A DNA stretch of 32,000 nt from Edaphobacter aggregans (GTDB taxonomy: Bacteria; Acidobacteriota; Terriglobia; Terriglobales; Acidobacteriaceae): NCBI RefSeq assembly GCF_003945235.1, contig NZ_RSDW01000001.1, positions 240,001 to 272,000 on the forward strand. The letters run 5' to 3'. The notes under the pieces are model-generated. The model was not told the DNA's origin, did not search any database, and worked only from the letters and a program-made list of their open reading frames with translations. How positions within the stretch are numbered: the first letter of the stretch is position 1; every line of letters starts with the position of its first letter. The position numbers and the translations under genes are program-made. Shown one piece after another: positions 26,157 through 32,000 of this stretch.

Positions 26157-29117
26157 ATGTCGGAAGCAAACCAGCCCGGACCGGAAAAAAAGCCCCTAAA
26201 ATCGACGCTAAATCTGCCCCAGACCGCCTTCCCCATGAAGGCAAATCTGCCCCAGAACGAGCCTGCCCGCCTCGCTGACTGGCAGAAGAGCGACCTCTAC
26301 GCCCAGATCCGTTCCGCCCGCGCCGGCTCCCCCAAATACATCCTCCACGACGGCCCCCCCTACGCCAACGGAGCCATCCACCTCGGCCACGCCCTCAATA
26401 AGTGCATCAAGGACTTCGTCGTCAAAACCAAGACCATGGCCGGCTTCGACTCCCCCTACGTCCCCGGCTGGGACTGCCACGGCCTCCCCATCGAGATCAA
26501 GGTCGACGAACACCTCGGCCGCAAAAAGCTGGACATGCCCCCCGTAGCCGTCCGCAAAGCCTGCCGCGACTACGCGCAGAAGTACGTCGACCTCCAGCGC
26601 AGCCAGTTCGAGCGCATCGGCGTCTTCGGTCGTTGGAACACCCCCTATCTCACCATGTCCTTCGGCTACGAGGCCAGCATCGTCGAAACCTTCTACGACT
26701 TCTTCGAGAACGGTTTCGTCTACAAGGGTCTCAAGCCGGTCTACTGGTGCATCCACGACCGCACCGCACTCGCCGAAGCCGAAGTCGAGTACGAGATGCA
26801 CACCTCCCCCAGCGTCTACGTCCGTTACGCCCTCACCAGCGACCCTGCGCAGATTGACCCCGCACTGACCAATGCCGCCGGCGGTTTCCCTGGTTCAACG
26901 GCATCGGCAGACGCACCTGCTTCAAAGGGATCAGGTAAAGAGCAGGTCTACACCATCATCTGGACCACCACCCCCTGGACGCTCCCCGCATCCCAGGCCG
27001 TAGCCTTCAACCCCGAGATGGACTATGTCGCCCTCCAGAACACTGACGGCAATGTCTATATCGTGGCCGAAGCCCTGGCCGCCTCCGTCAAATCAGCCTG
27101 CAACCTGCAGGAAGCTACCGAGATCGCCCGCTTCAAAGGCGAACAGCTCGACCGCACCACCTTCCATCACCCTTTCCTCGACCGCCAGATCGTCGGAACC
27201 CTCGCCACCTACGTCACCGCCGATCAGGGCACCGGAGCCGTCCACACCGCCCCAGCCCATGGCGTAGACGACTTCGCCACCGGCAAGCGCTACGACCTGC
27301 CCGAGATCCAGTACGTCGACAATGCCGGCAAGCAGCGCAATACCGGCACCTTTGGCGGAGGGGGCGAGGCCCAGCCCTACGAAGGTCTGACCGTTTTCAA
27401 GTCCAACCCCATCATCATCGACCTCCTCAAAGAAAAAGGAGCACTCCTAAGCGCCACCAGCTTTGAGCACTCCTACCCCCACTGCTGGCGCTGCCATCAC
27501 CCCATCATCGTCCGCGCCACCGAGCAGTGGTTCATCGGCATGGAAACCCCCATGCACAACCCCGACGGCACCCCCACCACCTTCCGTCAGCGTGCCCTCG
27601 ACGAGATCGCCGCCGTCACCTGGGACCCCGCCTGGGGCCAGGACCGCATCTCCAACATGATCGCCACCCGTCCCGACTGGTGCATCTCCCGCCAGCGCAT
27701 CTGGGGCGTCCCCATCGCCGTCTTCCTCTGCGAACAGTGCCACACCCCGCTCAACGACAAGGCCATCAACAAAAGCATCGTCGATCTCTTCAAAAAAGAA
27801 GGCGCCGACGCCTGGTACATCCACGACGCGGCAACCCTCCTGCCCAGCGGCACAACCTGCTCCTGCGGCGGCAAAGAGTTCCGCAAGGAGATGGACATCC
27901 TCGACGTCTGGTTCGAGTCCGGAGCCAGTTGGCACGCCGTCCTCGACCTCGAGCCCGAACTCCACGCCCCCGCCGACCTCTACACCGAGGGCGGAGACCA
28001 GCATCGCGGCTGGTTCCATTCTTCCCTCCTCACCTCAGTAGCCGTCCGAGGCAAAGCCCCCTACAAGATGGTCGCCACCTCCGGCTGGACCCTCGATGAG
28101 CAAGGCCGAGCCTTCTCCAAGTCTCTCGGCAACGGCGTCGACCCCGTCGACATCGCCAACCGACTAGGCGGCGAGATCGTCCGTCTCTGGGTAGCCTCCG
28201 TCGACTTCCGCGAAGACGTAGCTGCCAGCGAAAACCTCATGCAGCGCGTCAGCGACAACTACCGCAAGCTGCGTAACACTCTCCGCTTCCTCCTCGGCAA
28301 CATCCACGACTTCTCGCCCGCAGCCGACACCGGCCACTTCAGCCAGATGGAGCCGCTCGACCAGTACATCCTCGCCCGCACCGCCGAGCTCACCACCAAA
28401 TTCCGCGCAGCCTACGACGAGTTCGAATTCCACCGCGCCTATCACGCCCTCAACGAGTTCATCAACACCGACCTCAGCGCTCTCTACCTCGACGTCCTCA
28501 AGGATCGCCTCTACACCTTCGCCCCCAACCATCCCGCACGCCGCAGCGCCCAAACCGCGCTCTGGCGCATCGCTGAAGCCGTTACCCGCCTCATCGCCCC
28601 CATCCTCAGCTTCACCGCCGATGAGGTCTGGCAATTCCTCCCGCAACTCCCCACGCGCGAGTCCAGCGTCCACCTCGCCCTCTTCCCTGCCATCACCGAC
28701 CTCATCCCCGGCGCCACCACCCACCTCGTCGCCGACTGGGAGCAACTCCTCCACGTCCGCGACACCGTCCTCGTCTCCCTCGAGGCCGCCCGTCAGAACA
28801 AGCTCATCGGCAAAGCCCTCGACGCCAAAGTCCGCATCGAAGCCAACGAGCTCGTCCACTCCCTGCTCAAGAAATACGAGCCAAGCCTCAAAGAACTCTT
28901 CAACGTCTCCCAGGTCGAGCTCATCCACATCGACCACGGCGACAACCAGGTCCACGTCACCACCACCACCGCCGATGGCCTCAAGTGCGAGCGCTGCTGG
29001 AACTACACCACCGACGTAGGCCAGGATTCACGCTTCCCAACCGTCTGCCTGCGCTGCGCCGACGCCCTCAACGCCATTGGCTATCCACCATACAACAACC
29101 CGGAGCCCCAGAACTAA
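26157..29117 (+). CDS. ileS: isoleucine--tRNA ligase (type 1, C-terminal Zn-finger)
   Basis: 986 aa. HIGH motif (PYANGAIHLGHAL), editing-domain WTTTPWTLP, a KMSKS loop that reads AFSKSLGN, and C-terminal CERCWNY…CLRCADAL. The SD is aaGAGGAaagaATG. Confidence 0.97.
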   Translation: MSEANQPGPEKKPLKSTLNLPQTAFPMKANLPQNEPARLADWQKSDLYAQIRSARAGSPKYILHDGPPYANGAIHLGHALNKCIKDFVVKTKTMAGFDSPYVPGWDCHGLPIEIKVDEHLGRKKLDMPPVAVRKACRDYAQKYVDLQRSQFERIGVFGRWNTPYLTMSFGYEASIVETFYDFFENGFVYKGLKPVYWCIHDRTALAEAEVEYEMHTSPSVYVRYALTSDPAQIDPALTNAAGGFPGSTASADAPASKGSGKEQVYTIIWTTTPWTLPASQAVAFNPEMDYVALQNTDGNVYIVAEALAASVKSACNLQEATEIARFKGEQLDRTTFHHPFLDRQIVGTLATYVTADQGTGAVHTAPAHGVDDFATGKRYDLPEIQYVDNAGKQRNTGTFGGGGEAQPYEGLTVFKSNPIIIDLLKEKGALLSATSFEHSYPHCWRCHHPIIVRATEQWFIGMETPMHNPDGTPTTFRQRALDEIAAVTWDPAWGQDRISNMIATRPDWCISRQRIWGVPIAVFLCEQCHTPLNDKAINKSIVDLFKKEGADAWYIHDAATLLPSGTTCSCGGKEFRKEMDILDVWFESGASWHAVLDLEPELHAPADLYTEGGDQHRGWFHSSLLTSVAVRGKAPYKMVATSGWTLDEQGRAFSKSLGNGVDPVDIANRLGGEIVRLWVASVDFREDVAASENLMQRVSDNYRKLRNTLRFLLGNIHDFSPAADTGHFSQMEPLDQYILARTAELTTKFRAAYDEFEFHRAYHALNEFINTDLSALYLDVLKDRLYTFAPNHPARRSAQTALWRIAEAVTRLIAPILSFTADEVWQFLPQLPTRESSVHLALFPAITDLIPGATTHLVADWEQLLHVRDTVLVSLEAARQNKLIGKALDAKVRIEANELVHSLLKKYEPSLKELFNVSQVELIHIDHGDNQVHVTTTTADGLKCERCWNYTTDVGQDSRFPTVCLRCADALNAIGYPPYNNPEPQN

Positions 29118-29668
29118 TGTCCGCCCAATACGAATACCCACCCACCGAGTTCGACCCCAAACCCAGCCTCGCCAACGAAGCTGGCAAGCGTAGCTATTTC
29201 GGCCTGCTCCTCGCGATCTCTGCCCTGGTCGTCTTCATCGACCGCATCACCAAGCATGTCATTATGCACAGTCTTCCCGGAGCTCCCCGCGTAGTCATCC
29301 CCGGTTTCCTGCGCATCACGCACGTCGAAAACACCGGCGCCGCCTTCAGCATGTTCGCTGAGAGCGCCACCCCCGCAGCCGTCCGCAAAGGCCTCATCCT
29401 CTTCTCGCTCTTCGCCGTCATCATTGTCCTGGTCATGCTCTGGCGAGTAGGCCGCAGCATCACCCTGACCTCGGTCGCCCTAGCCCTCATCCTGGGCGGA
29501 GCCATCGGCAACCTCTACGACCGCATCGTCTACCACTACGTAGTCGACTTCATCGAGGTTCACATCGTCCACTACCACTGGCCCGACTTCAACCTCGCCG
29601 ACTCCTGCATCGTCATCGGAGCCTGTCTATTGATGATCGAAATCTTCCGACCTCAATCACAAGACTGA
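29117..29668 (+). CDS. lspA: lipoprotein signal peptidase (signal peptidase II)
   Basis: The ATG overlaps the ileS stop by 1 nt (TAATG), the classical ileS-lspA arrangement. Shows FLRITHVENTGAAFSM and VVDFI…PDFNLADSCI (catalytic Asp contexts). Confidence 0.9.
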   Translation: MSAQYEYPPTEFDPKPSLANEAGKRSYFGLLLAISALVVFIDRITKHVIMHSLPGAPRVVIPGFLRITHVENTGAAFSMFAESATPAAVRKGLILFSLFAVIIVLVMLWRVGRSITLTSVALALILGGAIGNLYDRIVYHYVVDFIEVHIVHYHWPDFNLADSCIVIGACLLMIEIFRPQSQD

Positions 29669-29754
29669 TACAGCGGACCGGAGTGAGTCTTCGTCGAGTC
29701 ACGTGAGGCATGAGGCCAGCGCGAGGGACGTCAGGCCATTAACCTCCATGATTC

Positions 29755-30474
29755 ATGGAGCGCACGCCTTTCCGAGCGTGTGACATACAATTTGCGATCA
29801 TGGGCCACGCAGAGCTTAATCACACCGCCACTCAATCGGAAGAAGCACGAGTTCCAACACCACTCAATGCCATTGCGTTGCTGGTTTCGCTGTTAGCCGG
29901 GATAGTCGTATTCCTTCCCTTCGCGCTCAATACATCCCCCTTGAACGCGGTAATGCTAAGAGTTCCCGGAAACCAGGGTAATTGGTGGCATGCACTCATC
30001 GGTGCGCCGTTCTTTCTGGCATTTCCTATGATCTGGCTCCGCCTCCGGGCATTCTTTTCATCGCAACTGTCTACCCCTGCAGAACGACGCATCATCTGGA
30101 TCGCCGTGAGCCTTTCGATCTTCGGAACCATCTTGGTTGAGGCCCCATTCTTGCTCCACCTCGCCGGAACGAGCGCATGGCAACGCCTTGCAGTCCTCAG
30201 CTTGGGACTTGGTATCGTAATCGCCAGCGCGACAATTTTGTTTCTGCGCCGTCGGCATATATCTCCAACGCGCGCATGCCTTGTCGGCCTTAATACCGCC
30301 TATCTGGGCAACGCAGCACTTTGCCTGATTGTCTACAGCTCTGCAACTGGCCCTATTCACTCAAGATCCGGATGGCTGGTCACAATGGTGATTGTGTGGC
30401 CCATGATATTGGAGATCCTTTGGATCTTCACCCGACCTTCAAAAACACAAACCTTAGTTGTGGTCGACCGTTAG
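29755..30474 (+). CDS. hypothetical polytopic membrane protein (~6 TM)
   Basis: 239-aa ORF with six hydrophobic stretches. I recognise no family. Third-position usage is flat, unlike the neighbouring genes. The start is uncertain (29755 or 29792) and neither has an SD. Confidence 0.55.
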   Translation: MERTPFRACDIQFAIMGHAELNHTATQSEEARVPTPLNAIALLVSLLAGIVVFLPFALNTSPLNAVMLRVPGNQGNWWHALIGAPFFLAFPMIWLRLRAFFSSQLSTPAERRIIWIAVSLSIFGTILVEAPFLLHLAGTSAWQRLAVLSLGLGIVIASATILFLRRRHISPTRACLVGLNTAYLGNAALCLIVYSSATGPIHSRSGWLVTMVIVWPMILEILWIFTRPSKTQTLVVVDR

Positions 30475-30522
30475 GAAAAGAAAACGCTCTAAATCTCCAT
30501 AACCTTTGCCTTACGGAACGAG

Positions 30523-30984
30523 TTAGCGCACATAGGCGAACGTACCGCACAGATCCGTCGAATTCGAGATCGCTTCCAGCGTAAAGACCGGCTGTTTCTC
30601 TCCTGAAAAAAACGCAACCTGCAACGAGCGGCCCGACACATAAGTGACCATCCACTGCGTATCCTCAGAGCCGCACAAACTGTTTTTGTGCAGGAACTTC
30701 TTTGTAGCCGGTATGTTCAGCCGATAGAGACTGCCGGTCCCACCCGCACTGCTGTCTACATCGAAGACCGCGCTCACCTCTCCCTGATCGAGACTGCGTA
30801 TTGGAGCGATCGTAAAGGTCGAGAAGTTGATGGCCAGCTTTTCATCAAAAAGCGCCACATCCCCTGTGGTCGACTTTGCCGTCGTGCTCGCAGCACGCCA
30901 ATTTCCCTTATCCTGTGCCCCAGCCGAAATACAGCAAACCAGCACCAACCCCACAATTACGCGTCTTAATCTCTCCAGCTTCAT
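30523..30984 (-). CDS. hypothetical secreted protein
   Basis: I prefer the start at 30984 (MKLERLRRVIVGLVLVCCISAGAQD), which gives a clean signal peptide. The track ORF extends to 31062. Codons are G/T-ending, like other - strand genes. No family recognised. Confidence 0.55.
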   Translation of the reverse strand: MKLERLRRVIVGLVLVCCISAGAQDKGNWRAASTTAKSTTGDVALFDEKLAINFSTFTIAPIRSLDQGEVSAVFDVDSSAGGTGSLYRLNIPATKKFLHKNSLCGSEDTQWMVTYVSGRSLQVAFFSGEKQPVFTLEAISNSTDLCGTFAYVR

Positions 30985-31153
30985 CTCTTGAGGATGACAT
31001 CGCAAACCCCTTTGATCAAATCGGTTACCGATTCCACAACGTATAGATCTCAGCAGTCGCAAAACTTAACTCGAAGCACTGCCATGCTTTGCCCAACCTT
31101 TATTGGCTTAACTCGCGCTCAAGCGCTTAATGCCTGAAAATAGAAGTTTGGCC

Positions 31154-32000
31154 ATGAGCGACCCGACACACGAGCAGAAACTCGATCAAATCACAATTCG
31201 CGGAGCCCGCACCCACAACCTCAAGGGCATCGACGTCGACATCCCGCACAATGCACTCACCATCGTCAGCGGTGTCAGCGGCTCCGGTAAATCCTCGCTT
31301 GCCTTCGACACCGTCTACGCCGAAGGACAGCGCCGCTACGTCGAATCCCTCTCCGCCTACGCCCGCCAATTCCTAGAGCGCATCGAAAAACCAGACGTCG
31401 ACCACATGGACGGCCTCGCTCCCGCCATCGCCATCAAGCAAAAGAACCAGACCCGCAACCCCCGCTCCACCGTAGCCACCGCCACCGAAATCTACGACTA
31501 CCTCCGCCTCCTCTACGCCCGTTGCGGCACCGTCACCTGCCTGCACTGCGGCGGCATCGTCAAGCACGACACCGTAGACGAAATAGTCTCCACCCTCCTG
31601 GCCCTACCCGAAGGCACTCGCACGTACGCCCTCTTCCCCATCGTTCGCGCCGAAATCAAGCTCGAGCCCATGCAGGTCGCCACCACCGCAGACGCCGAAA
31701 CAGAAGCCTCCAAGCCCGCAAAGAAACCAGCAAAAAAAGCCAGCAAGAAAACCACCGACTCCCCAACAGCAATCAACATCACCGACGCCCTCAAAGACCG
31801 CCTCACCGAGCTTCGCCGCCGAGGCTACAATCGCCTCTACCAATCAGGGAAAATAGTCGAGTTCTCCACCCCAGAATCTCTCCTCGAACTCGACTTCACC
31901 GCGCCGATCTTCGTCCTCGTAGATCGCCTCGCCCTCAGCCCAGAAATTCGCTCGCGCCTCGTCGACGCCATCGAAACCGGCTACCGCGAATCCGGAGAAA
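31154..32000 (+). CDS. uvrA: excinuclease ABC subunit A; 3' partial (runs off the window)
   Basis: Absent from the ORF track because there is no stop in the window. My translation from ATG 31154 reads [74 protein letters not shown]…[25 protein letters not shown]. It shows the Walker A motif and UvrA-specific motifs. Confidence 0.93.
   Translation, partial: MSDPTHEQKLDQITIRGARTHNLKGIDVDIPHNALTIVSGVSGSGKSSLAFDTVYAEGQRRYVESLSAYARQFLERIEKPDVDHMDGLAPAIAIKQKNQTRNPRSTVATATEIYDYLRLLYARCGTVTCLHCGGIVKHDTVDEIVSTLLALPEGTRTYALFPIVRAEIKLEPMQVATTADAETEASKPAKKPAKKASKKTTDSPTAINITDALKDRLTELRRRGYNRLYQSGKIVEFSTPESLLELDFTAPIFVLVDRLALSPEIRSRLVDAIETGYRESGE

Noticed and set aside
28985-29116. An N-terminal extension of lspA, from the track ORF that starts at 28985 inside ileS.
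   Set aside because: The extension is an out-of-frame read through the ileS 3' end with Arg/Pro-rich junk sequence. The ATG at 29117 overlaps the ileS stop (TAATG) and gives a normal LspA N-terminus.
31063-31153. A LexA/SOS box upstream of uvrA.
   Set aside because: Neither CTGT-N8-ACAG nor GTTC-N7-GTTC (or their complements) is present in the 91-bp upstream region.

Overview
This 32 kb window looks like an ordinary chromosomal segment of about 60% GC. Protein content and two REP-like intergenic elements suggest an Acidobacteriota (Terriglobia-like) genome, but that assignment is inference only. I support about 31 protein-coding genes. Housekeeping genes are lpxD, tmk, holB, tsaC/sua5, ileS-lspA, uvrA (3' end runs off the window), hslR and a CCA-adding/poly(A)-polymerase-family nucleotidyltransferase. 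Signalling genes are a haem-c DUF3365-HAMP sensor (5' partial), a Ser/Thr kinase, a receiver-PAS response regulator, a CYTH protein, an orphan MCP and two TonB-C proteins. A redox/lipid-flavoured block holds a P450, a GDSL esterase, a PEBP/YbhB protein, two aldo/keto reductases, a catalase-related haemoprotein and a beta-lactamase-fold hydrolase. I found no rRNA, tRNA, CRISPR array, transposase or integrase, and no self-evident novel defence or mobile system. The main observations are: (1) codon third positions depend strongly on strand, with + strand genes using NNC and - strand genes using NNG/NNT; (2) two segments break that rule, the SulP region and one membrane-protein gene; (3) a histone-H1-like AKKAP repeat tail is fused to the nucleotidyltransferase; (4) a perfect 18-bp-arm inverted repeat sits in an AT-rich 407-bp gap upstream of holB; (5) seven genes lie between tmk and holB, and the P450 start overlaps the tmk stop; (6) a CYTH / secreted TonB-C / MCP cluster runs co-directionally; (7) the haem sensor ends directly after its HAMP domain. 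All functional calls rest on motif recognition by eye, and no database search was possible.
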